Numbered from the stretch's first letter, positions 39,027 to 49,816 are shown. The stretch: DNA of 64,000 nt from Minisyncoccia bacterium (GCA_044356325.1 JBIKWJ010000002.1:24602-88601), one strand, 5' to 3'. Made by a program: numbers and translations. Notes: a model not told the origin generated them from the sequence alone.

Positions 39027-39668
39027 ATGGATATCTTCTTTAGCTACCTTATGGACAATGGTGTGCCGCGTGAAACTATCGACATTCTTTTGATGTTCCC
39101 GATTATGGCAGGATTTATTGTAGCCGCCCGACAAATTGTGGGGATTAAAGCTTTTGGTATATATACACCGCTTATTATTACCTTTGCTTTAACAGAAATT
39201 GGCTTCAAATATGGGGTGAGTATCTTTATTGTATCCCTGATTGTCGCTTCTATTGTCCGATATCTCCTTCGTAAAATTCGTATTCTGTATTTACCCAAAA
39301 TGGCTTTGATACTATCTATTACTGCCTTATCTATGTTTTTGAGCCTAGTATGGGGAATATTCTCGGATAGCACCGTCTTTGTACAGGCTTCTATTTATCA
39401 GATTCTTATTATTATTACACTGGTAGAAAAATTCATCAATGCTCAAATGGAAAAAGGATATCGCACTGCCGTAACTCTCTCTGTAGAAACCTTAGTTCTT
39501 GCATCTCTTGGAAATTTAATTATGACCACTACTCAGCTAAGAGACCTCGTTTTCTATAATCCTTGGATTATTTTAATTGTCTTTGCGGGAATTATATTCC
39601 TTGGACGCTATGAAGGACTCCGTATTTCTGAATATATCCGATTCCGTAAAATTATTAGCAATCAATAG
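39027..39668 (+). CDS. 7TM domain protein (type found fused to inactive transglutaminases)
   Basis: RQIVGIKAFGIYTP and ..GRYEGLRISEYIRF motifs; multiple TM helices. Confidence 0.8.
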   Translation: MDIFFSYLMDNGVPRETIDILLMFPIMAGFIVAARQIVGIKAFGIYTPLIITFALTEIGFKYGVSIFIVSLIVASIVRYLLRKIRILYLPKMALILSITALSMFLSLVWGIFSDSTVFVQASIYQILIIITLVEKFINAQMEKGYRTAVTLSVETLVLASLGNLIMTTTQLRDLVFYNPWIILIVFAGIIFLGRYEGLRISEYIRFRKIISNQ

Positions 39669-39671
39669 GCT

Positions 39672-41099
39672 ATGAATTGGCTAGAATCATTCGTATTTAG
39701 TCAAAAAATACTCGGGATGAATGCCCGCAACCTTTCCTATATCAAACCCTACAATTATCGTAAATGGGTACGCCTAGTAGATAATAAAATTAAATTCAAA
39801 AAAGAATTACAGAAACATAATATCCCAACCCCAAAACTCATCACCACAGTGCGCTCTTATGAAAAACTCAATGAATTTGATTATAACAAACTCCCTAAAA
39901 GCTTTGTATTAAAACCAACTTCTGGATTTGGAGGAGAGGGAATCGTGGTAATATTTGGAGAACATAAAAAAAGAACAGGAGATGGAGAAAGGCAATGGGT
40001 TAAAACCAAGGGAGTTAAACTCAGCGAGACTGTGATACATAATCATATAAGTAATATTCTTGATGGAACATATTCTCGTACCAATAGCCCTGATGTGGCC
40101 TTCTTTGAGGAGCGAATTAAACTTAACAAATCATTCAAACATCTTGCCTATAAAGGAATCCCAGATATTCGCGTGATTGTATTCAATCGAATTCCCGTAA
40201 TGGCAATGATACGAATCCCTACCAAAGAATCTGATGGTAAAGCTAATCTTCATCTAGGAGGAATTGGTATTGGTATTGATATGGCAACAGGAGTTACTAC
40301 CAATGCTATTATGAGAGAAAGATTCATAGACACCATTCCAGGAACGGAAATCAGTCTCTCTGGTATACGTATACCTTATTGGAATACAATTTTAGATATT
40401 GCTATTCGTACCGCTGATATTACTAGATTAGGATTTACAGGAATAGATATTGCTATTGACCGCGATGCAGGCCCCGTTGTATTAGAAGCGAATGCCCGAC
40501 CGGGTCTCGCTATTCAAATTGCCAATCTCGCCCCACTCAAAGAAAGATTACAAAAAGTAAAAGGACTTAAAGTAAAAACGGTAAAAAGAGCTATTCGACT
40601 TGCCAAAGATTTATTTGGAGGAGAAATTGAAGAAGAAATTGAGGAAATTACTGGACGACAAGTGATTGGGCTTATTGAAGAAATTACATTATTTGGCAAA
40701 GATGATAAAAAACAAACTATAGAAGCCAAGGTAGATACGGGAGCCGACTCCTCCAGTATAGACGAAGCTTTACTGATTAAAATTGGCTATGGAGAGGTAT
40801 TAAAAGAGTTCAAAGCTTTGAATATACCCGAGGATATAGAATATAATACTCTTAATAAGTTGACTGATACTATAAATATCAAGCTTAAGTCACAAGAAGC
40901 TCCCCATCTACTCAAAAAGGTTGCCATTATAAAAGCTGGGAATGGATATACCGTTCGCCCTTTTATAAAAATCCTCGTGAAAGTTGGAGATGATATAACT
41001 GAAACAACATGCTCAATAGTAAAGCGATCTCATTTAAAATACCTTTTTCTGTTAGGAAAACAGGATTTAAAAAGATTTATTATTGATCCGAGGAAATAA
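39672..41099 (+). CDS. Alpha-L-glutamate ligase-like ATP-grasp protein fused to a retropepsin-like (RimB-type) protease domain
   Basis: LGMNARN, KPTSGFGGEG, PDIRVIV, KANLHLGG, LEANARPGLAIQ; C-terminal AKVDTGADSSSID...LLGK. Confidence 0.85.
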   Translation: MNWLESFVFSQKILGMNARNLSYIKPYNYRKWVRLVDNKIKFKKELQKHNIPTPKLITTVRSYEKLNEFDYNKLPKSFVLKPTSGFGGEGIVVIFGEHKKRTGDGERQWVKTKGVKLSETVIHNHISNILDGTYSRTNSPDVAFFEERIKLNKSFKHLAYKGIPDIRVIVFNRIPVMAMIRIPTKESDGKANLHLGGIGIGIDMATGVTTNAIMRERFIDTIPGTEISLSGIRIPYWNTILDIAIRTADITRLGFTGIDIAIDRDAGPVVLEANARPGLAIQIANLAPLKERLQKVKGLKVKTVKRAIRLAKDLFGGEIEEEIEEITGRQVIGLIEEITLFGKDDKKQTIEAKVDTGADSSSIDEALLIKIGYGEVLKEFKALNIPEDIEYNTLNKLTDTINIKLKSQEAPHLLKKVAIIKAGNGYTVRPFIKILVKVGDDITETTCSIVKRSHLKYLFLLGKQDLKRFIIDPRK

Positions 41100-41101
41100 T
41101 A

Positions 41102-42067
41102 CTATATCGATTTGGTTTCTGGAAATAGAAGATCTATAATAGCCTTTTGAGGCTTAGTTGGTGTTCCAAATGTTGGTGTAGTATGTATAGTTAAGCCCGG
41201 GACTATATTTAACTCTAGAACACATGGATTAGGATTGTTTATATCCGAAGTTATAATATCAATACCTACAACTGGCAACTTAAAATCTAAAGATAGTTTA
41301 ATTGCAAACTGCTTCAGTCCTTCTGGTAAAAATTCAGTCATTTCCTCTGATGACCCACCATCATGTGAATTAGCTTTATAACTTAACTTTATAATTTCTT
41401 TATCTTTAGGGATATAATCTAAAGTTAGTGACTGTTTAGCCAATATATTTTTAATACTATCCCCAACCTCTACTATTCTTGTACTATTAACTGCGTTATC
41501 ATTATATATTACAATCAACTCTTGTATTGAATGTTTGCCATCTCCAATAACTTGAAAGGGGGTTCTTTTGACTAAGAATACATCTTTATTACCGATTACT
41601 AAAATCCTATACTCATCTCCCTGCACCATTTCCTGTACTAAAGATCTATCTTTATGCTTTTTTCCCATATTACAAGCATGTTCTATCGCCTTTTCTAACT
41701 CTTTACTATTTTTAATATTTACAGTAATACCTTTACCTCCAAAACGATCTAGTGGTTTTACAACACAAGGAAATAAATTAAAATTCTGAGAAAATTGCTC
41801 TAACTCAGCTAAATAAACTATTTGGGTTTTAGGGATTATATATCCATTTTGATTTAATAAAACTGATTGAATATATTTGTCTTTTAATATTCTACTTTTA
41901 GATGCTCCTGTATAATTGTTTAGGGTGTTTTGAATATATTCTTCATGATCTCCATACTTTAAAACAGCAAATGTCGCACTAACTTCAAGAAATAGTTGGA
42001 CATCAATCCCCCTACTTTCTGCTTCTTCTACGATTGGTTTTAGAAAGATGTCTATTTCAAACTTCAT
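41102..42067 (-). CDS. ATP-grasp ligase, cyanophycin synthetase/GshF-like domain
   Basis: VVKPLDRFGGKGITV, EYRILV, IGDGKHSIQELI, ANSHDGG, GIDII, LELNIVPGL. Confidence 0.8.
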   Translation of the reverse strand: MKFEIDIFLKPIVEEAESRGIDVQLFLEVSATFAVLKYGDHEEYIQNTLNNYTGASKSRILKDKYIQSVLLNQNGYIIPKTQIVYLAELEQFSQNFNLFPCVVKPLDRFGGKGITVNIKNSKELEKAIEHACNMGKKHKDRSLVQEMVQGDEYRILVIGNKDVFLVKRTPFQVIGDGKHSIQELIVIYNDNAVNSTRIVEVGDSIKNILAKQSLTLDYIPKDKEIIKLSYKANSHDGGSSEEMTEFLPEGLKQFAIKLSLDFKLPVVGIDIITSDINNPNPCVLELNIVPGLTIHTTPTFGTPTKPQKAIIDLLFPETKSI

Positions 42068-42155
42068 ATTATATGATATAATTAATGTATTATTTATTAT
42101 AAATATTATACTTAAAAAGTATTGTAATGTCTACACTGTGTCAGATACCTTGCTT

Positions 42156-43013
42156 ATGAAAAATATAATTTCTATTCAATTAAAAGAAGAAGCCATACCT
42201 TTTTTTGATAAAACTTTTAGAAAGTTTTATATATTATCATCTTTTACTAAATTTAAAGAATTAACCTATAAAAAAAGCTCGATCTTTTATAAAGGCACCC
42301 CTCTTGAACAGCATGACTTTATATTTATAGGGCTAACGGGAAAATCTAGAGATTTAGCCCCGATAGTAATAGATTATATTAAGCGGTACAATATTCCTTT
42401 TATATGTTATGGTCATAAAACAGCCGATCATGCTAAGACATTTGAAATATATAAGCTAACCTCTGATAATATCCCTATTATTCCTTCTTTAATCTCAAGT
42501 GATCAGAATGCAATAGCTGATTTTATAATCCAATATACCCAACTATTTATAACGAAACCTATAAACGGAAAAAAGGGGAGAGAAATATTACAACACTCAT
42601 CTTTAGAGTCCATAATGGACGCTATACAAAAATCTGAAATTCCCCTAATCATTCAGCCTATGATCCCTAATGATGGAGACTATCGAGTTTGGATATTAAA
42701 AGGAAAAGTTATAGGGGTAATCAAGAGAAGTCCTAATACAGAGGGTGAGTTTAGATCTAATATTTCTCTTGGTGGAAGTGCTCAATTAGCAGAACTTCCT
42801 GATGATGTATTAGATATGGCTATCAAATCAGCAAAAATTCTAGATTTAGATATGGCTGGAGTAGATATTATTCAAGATATTAATACCAAGAAGTATTATA
42901 TTATGGAAGTAAATGCAGCCCCACAATTCAACGGTTTTATGGCCACAACAGGAATTAACTTATTTGAAATTATCACAAAGCATATAATACAAGAAATTGA
43001 ATCTAAAAAATAG
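42156..43013 (+). CDS. RimK/LysX-family ATP-grasp ligase
   Basis: KPINGKKGREI, DYRVWI, EFRSNISLGG, AGVDI, MEVNAAPQF; start at ATG 42156 inferred. Confidence 0.85.
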   Translation: MKNIISIQLKEEAIPFFDKTFRKFYILSSFTKFKELTYKKSSIFYKGTPLEQHDFIFIGLTGKSRDLAPIVIDYIKRYNIPFICYGHKTADHAKTFEIYKLTSDNIPIIPSLISSDQNAIADFIIQYTQLFITKPINGKKGREILQHSSLESIMDAIQKSEIPLIIQPMIPNDGDYRVWILKGKVIGVIKRSPNTEGEFRSNISLGGSAQLAELPDDVLDMAIKSAKILDLDMAGVDIIQDINTKKYYIMEVNAAPQFNGFMATTGINLFEIITKHIIQEIESKK

Positions 43014-43031
43014 TATAAAATTATAAGAACT

Positions 43032-44879
43032 ATGTCTATTGAAACTAATAATCCAATTTATGAAAATAACTCTGAAGCAAACCACTTATTTCCAGAAAGG
43101 CCTTCCTATTCTGCTGAGAAAAACTTAAAAGAAATTCTAGAGTATTTATCCGGAGACAGGGAAAAAGAAGTGTTAACAGATGAAGAAAAGTTAGAGTTAA
43201 TAGCTTTTGAAGAGCCTTTTGTAGACAAGTTAGCAGAAGCATATTCTATAGAATATAACACAAAAACATTATATCCTGAATATTTTGATACTACTGAAGG
43301 GCAAGATGCTTTGAAAGAATTAGATATAATTTCAGAATTATATCCTGATAACAATACTCCTATTGATATCAGAACAAATATTGATGTTTTAAGAAAACTG
43401 GATCCTGAGTCCTTGGCTAAATTAGGGGAAAAAGGTCTAAAACATCACACTAAAACAATGTTAGAGAACTTATCTCATCGTATTGCTGAAGATGGGCATC
43501 TAGATATAGAAGGACTCGAGAATCCAGAGAAAATAATGTTTGTTAAAAAGCCTGAAGAGTTAATTCGGAAAATTGAATCCCTGAGGACTCTAAAATCAGA
43601 GCTAGAAGAAGCAAGATCCGCACTGTTCCTAGAGGAAGCTTCTATTGCAAATGAAGAAATTGATTCTCTAAAAGAAAGTCTCTCTCTAATCCATGCAAAA
43701 TTATATAGTCTTAAACATTTAATTAAAAAGGTAAATGTTTTATTAGCTGAAGCTTTAGAAGATAAAGCTATCCTAGATGCTGAAGCAGATTTGCCATCTC
43801 ACAAACCAAAGTATAAATTAGATAAGTTTAGATATGGAGTTGGGCAGATGAATTCTAAAGGTAATTATGACCAAATAGACAGCAGATTATTACAACAAGC
43901 TGATGAAATAGCTGAGGAACATATTAAGTTAAATCAAGAAAAAGCATCTATCCTAGCAGAACAAGGATTAGATGTAAAAAAAATGGAAGCTGAAAGTGTT
44001 GAGCCTGAGCAAGTGAAAGAATATATAGAGAGAGTTTTAGCAAGCTATGATCTTTTAAGCGAATATCCTGCAGATGCCGATCAAGTAGACAATAATATTA
44101 AACCCGCTGATAATAAATGGAGATGTTACATAAAGCCTAATCAGTCCGTATTTGAAATTGATAGCAAAAGTAAAACTTTATTTATTCCCACCAAAAACCG
44201 ATCTATTATAGATGTATTAACTAAAGGCGCTACTCATGAAATAATTCATATCCTGCAAAGAGAAAATACTGCTGAAATTGGACTGCCTTTATATACTAAT
44301 CCCGAACAAATGGGTGGAGATAGATCTGATTTATTCCAAGAAGGAGGAGCTATGTATTATCAAGATCAGGCTTCTCAAGCATTATTTAGCTTTGATAGCC
44401 CTCCAGGACCCCACTATCTAAGAGCTATAGCTGTCAAACAAGCTGGAGGAGATTATTTAGCTTGTGTCAAAGCTTATTATGAAAGCACTATATCAGTCAA
44501 TCCTAAAAAATCAAAATCGGCTCTCAAGACGGCTCTTAGTAGTGCTAGAAGATTATTCCGTAACTCAATCAATTTTAATAATACCGACCGCTCTATTCCT
44601 TCTACCAAAGACACTGTTTATCTAGAGCAAAAGGCGGTAGTGGAAGAAATTTTAAAATACCCTGAACTTCAAAATCTTATTTTAGTATCTGGAATTAATC
44701 TCGAAACAGCAAAAAAAATGATTCATTTTGGGTTATTAGATTTAAGTAGGCTCAGAACACCAGATTTATCTTATATCAAAGAGCTTTGGGAAGAATTACG
44801 TCCTGATTATACATTAGATCATGAACCCCAAGACCCAAATCCCGCTCTCACCCCTCCCTCCGATCTCCCCACAGTATAA
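43032..44879 (+). CDS. DUF1704/MATCAP-like zinc metallopeptidase domain protein
   Basis: HEIIH zinc motif, FQEGGAM (QEGLA-like) and TKDTVYL; long helical N-terminus. Confidence 0.7.
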   Translation: MSIETNNPIYENNSEANHLFPERPSYSAEKNLKEILEYLSGDREKEVLTDEEKLELIAFEEPFVDKLAEAYSIEYNTKTLYPEYFDTTEGQDALKELDIISELYPDNNTPIDIRTNIDVLRKLDPESLAKLGEKGLKHHTKTMLENLSHRIAEDGHLDIEGLENPEKIMFVKKPEELIRKIESLRTLKSELEEARSALFLEEASIANEEIDSLKESLSLIHAKLYSLKHLIKKVNVLLAEALEDKAILDAEADLPSHKPKYKLDKFRYGVGQMNSKGNYDQIDSRLLQQADEIAEEHIKLNQEKASILAEQGLDVKKMEAESVEPEQVKEYIERVLASYDLLSEYPADADQVDNNIKPADNKWRCYIKPNQSVFEIDSKSKTLFIPTKNRSIIDVLTKGATHEIIHILQRENTAEIGLPLYTNPEQMGGDRSDLFQEGGAMYYQDQASQALFSFDSPPGPHYLRAIAVKQAGGDYLACVKAYYESTISVNPKKSKSALKTALSSARRLFRNSINFNNTDRSIPSTKDTVYLEQKAVVEEILKYPELQNLILVSGINLETAKKMIHFGLLDLSRLRTPDLSYIKELWEELRPDYTLDHEPQDPNPALTPPSDLPTV

Positions 44880-44930
44880 AATTGTCCCCCAAATATATTT
44901 ATGCTATACTAATATCAACCTATATTTTAT

Positions 44931-45344
44931 ATGACAATCAAAATACATACAGATGGTGCTTCTCGTGGAAATCCAGGTCCTGCTTCTCTTGGAGTAGTGA
45001 TTGAGTTACCAGATGGGAGTATTAAAACTCATCATCAAACTCTTGGTATTGCGACTAATAATTATGCTGAATATCAGGCTATTGTGGTGGCTCTCGAGAA
45101 AACAAAATTTCTTGTAGGTAAGGTTAATACCAAAAAATATGCGGTAGAGGTGTATTTGGATTCAGAGCTTGCCCAAAAGCAATTGACAGGTATTTATGAG
45201 CTTAAAGATGAAGCTATTCAAAAAGCTTTTATTCAAATTTGGAATTTGAGAATTAAATTCAAATCTGTTGATTTTATACATATTCGCCGAGAATTCAATA
45301 AACAAGCTGATGCTCTTGCTAATAAAGCTTTAGACGAAGTATAA
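44931..45344 (+). CDS. rnhA: Ribonuclease HI family protein
   Basis: TDGASRGNPG, TNNYAEY, DSEL, NKQADALAN. Confidence 0.9.
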   Translation: MTIKIHTDGASRGNPGPASLGVVIELPDGSIKTHHQTLGIATNNYAEYQAIVVALEKTKFLVGKVNTKKYAVEVYLDSELAQKQLTGIYELKDEAIQKAFIQIWNLRIKFKSVDFIHIRREFNKQADALANKALDEV

Positions 45345-45354
45345 TATATATAAT

Positions 45355-46800
45355 ATGAATAGAAACGCACAAAAAATCTTTGCCCGATCACTTATGATTC
45401 TTTTCTTTATCATAGCTCCGATACTGGTTTTATATGGTATGGGATATAGACTTAGTCGTGATAATAATGATTCTCCTATATTGACTTCTACTGGAGGAGT
45501 TCGAATAAATACCAAAATTGCCTATGAAATCACTATCAATGATAAATTAGAGTCTAAAAGTCCGCTTTTAAAAGTTGGGCTTGCTCCTCAAGATTTAAAT
45601 ATTGTCTTATCACTACCAGGATATCAGTCATGGGCTAAAAAAGTATCTATACAGCCCTCTTTTGTACAATTAATTAGTGATGTAACTCTTTTTCCTGAAA
45701 AGCCTGAATTAGAGAAATTTAGTGACCTATCCACAGCTCGTAATATACAAAGAGTACCTGATGCTTCTTCAATACTATATACTTCTTATAATCCCAAAGA
45801 ATCCGGACTTTGGGTTCTGAATCTTGACACCAAAATACGCAAGAGACTTACGGATAGTGTGGCTCTTGGAGGCCTAGATAATCAAGATTATTCTGATTTT
45901 ACTTGGAATAATACAGGGAATATTCTTAGCTTCAAAACTTCACTTAATAATGTATTCCAATATTTTGTTATCACCAATATTGATACAACTCCTATTTTAA
46001 CTAATATTACGAATCAATTCCCTATTGCTGATACAATAGCTAGTCCCATTAAAGTCGTGAGCCTAGATGCTGATACTTTGACTTTTATTCAAGGAGGATC
46101 TCTGTATAAGCTTACCCAACAATTTAGTATTCGCTCTGATGCTCTTGTAGCAAATATAACCCATAGTGATTTGGTAAATAATACTATTTATTATTATTCT
46201 GATAAAGATAATACTACAAATATTATTCGGATTTACACCCTTGATACCAAAAAAAGTACCGCAGTTGATACCCCCGATATTGCTATTGATAAAATAATTG
46301 TCAGCCCCAATCAGGGACATATTATTATTATTGATGATAAACAACATGCTTGGCTCAAATCGCTTGGGGAGAAAACTCCAGGATTTAATCAAATATCCGA
46401 TCTTGAGATAAACAACATACAATTTAGCCTAGATTCCAAAAAAGCACTCCTAAAGAGCAAAAATAGCCTTTCTATTCTATATCTTGATACCGTTGAGGGG
46501 TACAAATCCCGCGTAGAGGGAGACTTTGACACATTATATAGTAGTGAGAATCCAATCACTCAAGCTGAGTTATGGGAACCAAATTCAGAATATGTCTTAT
46601 TTATTGAAAATAATACCCTGAAAGTGGTAGAATCTGATACCAGAGGATTAGTAAACTCCTACACCCTACTAGATAATGTCATGAATACAGCCAGCATCAA
46701 ATTACGCAATGATGCTAAGACAATTATCACTAATACTAATAATATTATTCAGTATTTTAGCTTCCCTATTCGTACCCCTCTTATTAATCTCAACAATTAA
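45355..46800 (+). CDS. Membrane-anchored PEGA-like / beta-propeller surface protein
   Basis: N-terminal TM ending YGMGYR, TGGVRINT, GYQSWAKKV, followed by beta-rich repeats. Confidence 0.65.
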   Translation: MNRNAQKIFARSLMILFFIIAPILVLYGMGYRLSRDNNDSPILTSTGGVRINTKIAYEITINDKLESKSPLLKVGLAPQDLNIVLSLPGYQSWAKKVSIQPSFVQLISDVTLFPEKPELEKFSDLSTARNIQRVPDASSILYTSYNPKESGLWVLNLDTKIRKRLTDSVALGGLDNQDYSDFTWNNTGNILSFKTSLNNVFQYFVITNIDTTPILTNITNQFPIADTIASPIKVVSLDADTLTFIQGGSLYKLTQQFSIRSDALVANITHSDLVNNTIYYYSDKDNTTNIIRIYTLDTKKSTAVDTPDIAIDKIIVSPNQGHIIIIDDKQHAWLKSLGEKTPGFNQISDLEINNIQFSLDSKKALLKSKNSLSILYLDTVEGYKSRVEGDFDTLYSSENPITQAELWEPNSEYVLFIENNTLKVVESDTRGLVNSYTLLDNVMNTASIKLRNDAKTIITNTNNIIQYFSFPIRTPLINLNN

Positions 46801-46838
46801 TATATCTGCATAAGATAACCCTATTGTAGACAAATTGT

Positions 46839-46985
46839 GTAGGAGCAACATTACAGCTTCCAGTACTATTATTGTCCTCCCTTGGGGGAGGTGGCCGTTA
46901 GGCCGGAGGAGGATGGAGCTTTAAGTTTGTATTTTATCCTCCCCAAGGGAGTGCATAATACAAGCGACTACAAGATCTCCCCTAC
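46839..46985. repeat. Degenerate REP cluster
   Basis: GTAG...CCTAC inverted pair around TGTCCTCCCTTGGGGGAGGTGGCCGTTAGGCCGGAGGAGGAT. Confidence 0.75.
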
Positions 46986-47025
46986 GAAGTGAAGAAGATA
47001 TACATATGAGAAACTTTCTTATACC

Positions 47026-47052
47026 AAAAAAGAGGATATTATCCTCTTTTTT
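47026..47052. terminator. Terminator of the ribosomal protein operon
   Basis: AAAAAAGAGGAT-ATT-ATCCTCTTTTTT. Confidence 0.75.
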
Positions 47053-47059
47053 GAATGCT

Positions 47060-47476
47060 TTATCGTTTTGCCCATTGTGGGGATTTACGAGCTTTTTTAA
47101 GTCCTGGTTTCTTTCGTTCTTTTCCTCTTGGATCTCGAGTAAGATAATTATTATCTTTGAGCTGTTTTTTTAGACTTTCATCATATTTAACTAAAGCTCT
47201 TGCAATACCAAGCTGTATAGCATCAGCTTGTCCGGTAATTCCACCTCCTGATACTTTTACTGTAATATCAAAATTCTCTACTCCAAGTACAGATAATGGC
47301 TTGACAATATTAGTATGCTGCTCCACTAAATCAAAATACTCTGTAATAGCTTTATCATTTACTACAAAACTATGTTCTTTTTTTCGTGACAAAGTAATTC
47401 GAACTCTTGCAGTTGCAGATTTTCTTCGTCCTACTCCTTCATAATAATGACTTGCTGTAGTCTTAGTGGTTGCCAT
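47060..47476 (-). CDS. rpsI: 30S ribosomal protein S9
   Basis: GVGRRKSATARV, ERKKPGLKKARKSPQWAKR. Confidence 0.98.
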   Translation of the reverse strand: MATTKTTASHYYEGVGRRKSATARVRITLSRKKEHSFVVNDKAITEYFDLVEQHTNIVKPLSVLGVENFDITVKVSGGGITGQADAIQLGIARALVKYDESLKKQLKDNNYLTRDPRGKERKKPGLKKARKSPQWAKR

Positions 47477-47478
47477 AC

Positions 47479-47844
47479 TTATTTCGTTATATCATTCTTA
47501 TGTAATACTAATCGAGTTAACATTTTAGCTCTTAGTCGATTTTTTGGAAGCATACCATATACTGCTTTTCTCAAAACTTCAGTAGAATCTTTAGCCATTT
47601 GCTTTTCTGCAGTAATTGACTTAATTCCTCCAGGATATCCTGTATGCCTATAATAGGTTTTGGAAGCAATTTTATTTGGGTGAATAGAAAGTTTATTCGT
47701 ATTATATACAATAACTTTTGCTCCTCCATCAATATGATATTCAAATTGCGCTGAATTTTTCCCTATCAAAAGGCTAGAGATTTCAGTAGCAAGAGCTCCT
47801 AATCGTTTATTCTCAGCATCAATGGTAATAATTTCTCTTTGCAT
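47479..47844 (-). CDS. rplM: 50S ribosomal protein L13
   Basis: YYRHTGYPGGIK, AVYGMLPKNRL. Confidence 0.97.
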   Translation of the reverse strand: MQREIITIDAENKRLGALATEISSLLIGKNSAQFEYHIDGGAKVIVYNTNKLSIHPNKIASKTYYRHTGYPGGIKSITAEKQMAKDSTEVLRKAVYGMLPKNRLRAKMLTRLVLHKNDITK

Positions 47845-47850
47845 ATAAAC

Positions 47851-48201
47851 TTATTTAACTAATTCAATTACCGCCATTTTACTCACATCACTTACTCTAA
47901 TAGGAGCTTTGATAATACGAGTATATCCTCCCACTCTTTCTGTATAAGTAGGTGCAATATCTTCAAATAATTTATGAGTTGCACCCTTGGTCAAAAATCT
48001 TAATACATAGCGGCGAGATGCGATAGATCCTTTTTTACTATGAGTTACCATTCTTTCTACAAATGGTTGCAAAGCCTTAGCTTTAGCTTCTGTGGTAGTG
48101 ATAGAACCACGAATAATCAAATCATTAGCAAGACTTCGCAAAAGTGCTTTTCTTTGCTCTCGATTTCGCCCTATTTTATGTAACTTATTTCCCTTATTCA
48201 T
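47851..48201 (-). CDS. rplQ: 50S ribosomal protein L17
   Basis: ITTTEAKAK, GGYTRIIK. Confidence 0.97.
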   Translation of the reverse strand: MNKGNKLHKIGRNREQRKALLRSLANDLIIRGSITTTEAKAKALQPFVERMVTHSKKGSIASRRYVLRFLTKGATHKLFEDIAPTYTERVGGYTRIIKAPIRVSDVSKMAVIELVK

Positions 48202-48249
48202 AGTCTTGTGATCCTGTTAATGCACTCAATTGTACCTTATTTATCGCTT

Positions 48250-49182
48250 TTATGCAAGAGTTATATCATGCGCAGCTATTTGGTCTATTAATTTCTTAAT
48301 AGAAGCTGCTGATAATCCCTTGATTTCTAATAAATCAGCTTTAGTAAATTGTGCTAATTGAGCAATATTTTTGATACCTGCTGACTCTAAAGCCTTAATA
48401 GTTTTTTGTGAAATATCAAGAGTTTCAATTTTGATACTTGAAGTTTCGATTTCTGAAGATTCTTGTACCTCCTCCTTTTGAATTGAAGTAGGAGCAATAT
48501 CTCCACTGAGAGCTGAGAACTGTTCTACCAAAATAACTGCTGATTTAGTAATCACATCTACAGGAGCAATAGTTCCATCAGTAGTAATATGGAATACAAT
48601 TCTATTATAATTAGTTTTATCTCCAACTCGAGTATCTTCTACATCATAAGAAACTCTCACCACTGGGGTAAAAATAGAGTCAACCGCAATAAGACCAACT
48701 TCTGCTTGCCCCTCTTGTTCTGCTTCTTTTCTAAATCCAACACCTTTTTCAATCACAAGTTCAATTTCTACCTTTGCGTCCTTATCAGTAAGAGTAAGTA
48801 TAGGAGCTTCTGGATTAACAATAGTTACTCCTCCTGGAAGTTTAATATCTTTTCCTGTCACAACTTTAGCTCCTTGAGCTTTTATAGTAAGAAGTGTAGG
48901 AGAGTCAATTACTGCATTGAATCGTAATGCCTTAATATTAAGAGTAATATCAATTACATCCTCTAAAACATTAGGGATAGTACTAAATTCATGACTTACT
49001 CCTTTAATACTATAATGAGTAACTGCAACTCCTTCTAGGGAAGATAACATAACTCTACGAAGAGAATTAGCAATAGTTACTCCATATCCTGGATTAAGAG
49101 GTTCAATAGCATAGCTTGCTTGAAAAGCATTTACTTCTTTTACGAGTACTGGTGATTTAGGAAGGATGATATGATTAGGCAT
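48250..49182 (-). CDS. rpoA: RNA polymerase subunit alpha
   Basis: EPLNPGYGVTIANSLRRVMLSS, HEFSTI, DSIFTPV. Confidence 0.98.
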   Translation of the reverse strand: MPNHIILPKSPVLVKEVNAFQASYAIEPLNPGYGVTIANSLRRVMLSSLEGVAVTHYSIKGVSHEFSTIPNVLEDVIDITLNIKALRFNAVIDSPTLLTIKAQGAKVVTGKDIKLPGGVTIVNPEAPILTLTDKDAKVEIELVIEKGVGFRKEAEQEGQAEVGLIAVDSIFTPVVRVSYDVEDTRVGDKTNYNRIVFHITTDGTIAPVDVITKSAVILVEQFSALSGDIAPTSIQKEEVQESSEIETSSIKIETLDISQKTIKALESAGIKNIAQLAQFTKADLLEIKGLSAASIKKLIDQIAAHDITLA

Positions 49183-49200
49183 AATTGTATTGGATTATTA

Positions 49201-49800
49201 TTATCGGGAATAATACTGAATCACGAGGGCAATGTCGAAGTTCTGACTGAGCTCCTCAACTCCTGGAGTATGAGCAACTTCTACTTTATGTGCTTTCTTA
49301 TCTAAAGTAAGCCAAGTTGGTAGTTCAGAATCTTTGAGTTTTTCTCGATATTCAGCAACAAGTTTTGATTTAGTTGCTGAGTAAGTAACAATATCTCCAG
49401 GCTTTACGATAAAACTCGCAATAGTAACTTTTTTACCATTCACTAAAATATGTCCATGTAAAATCATTTGTCGAGCTTGTTCTCGGGTAGCAGCCATATG
49501 TGAGCGATATACCACATTATCAAGTCTACTCTCCAAAATACGAAGTAAAGCAGTAGGAGTAGGTTCGGAATCAGCCAAAGCTTTTTCATAAAATCGTCGG
49601 AATTGCTTTTCACGAAGTCCATATACATATTTCACTTTTTGCTTTTCTTGAAGTTGTTTTCCAAATTCGGAAACAGATCGACGTCGCTTAGCTCCATGTA
49701 CTCCAGGAGCTTTAGCTAAACGCTCATCACTAATCTTAACCTCAGGGAAGATTTTTTCTCCAAATTTTCTACAGATTTTAACTTTCTTACGACTATACAT
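49201..49800 (-). CDS. rpsD: 30S ribosomal protein S4
   Basis: QLQEKQK, LESRLDNVVYR, QYYSR. Confidence 0.97.
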   Translation of the reverse strand: MYSRKKVKICRKFGEKIFPEVKISDERLAKAPGVHGAKRRRSVSEFGKQLQEKQKVKYVYGLREKQFRRFYEKALADSEPTPTALLRILESRLDNVVYRSHMAATREQARQMILHGHILVNGKKVTIASFIVKPGDIVTYSATKSKLVAEYREKLKDSELPTWLTLDKKAHKVEVAHTPGVEELSQNFDIALVIQYYSR

Positions 49801-49816
49801 ATACTCTTATACTCAA

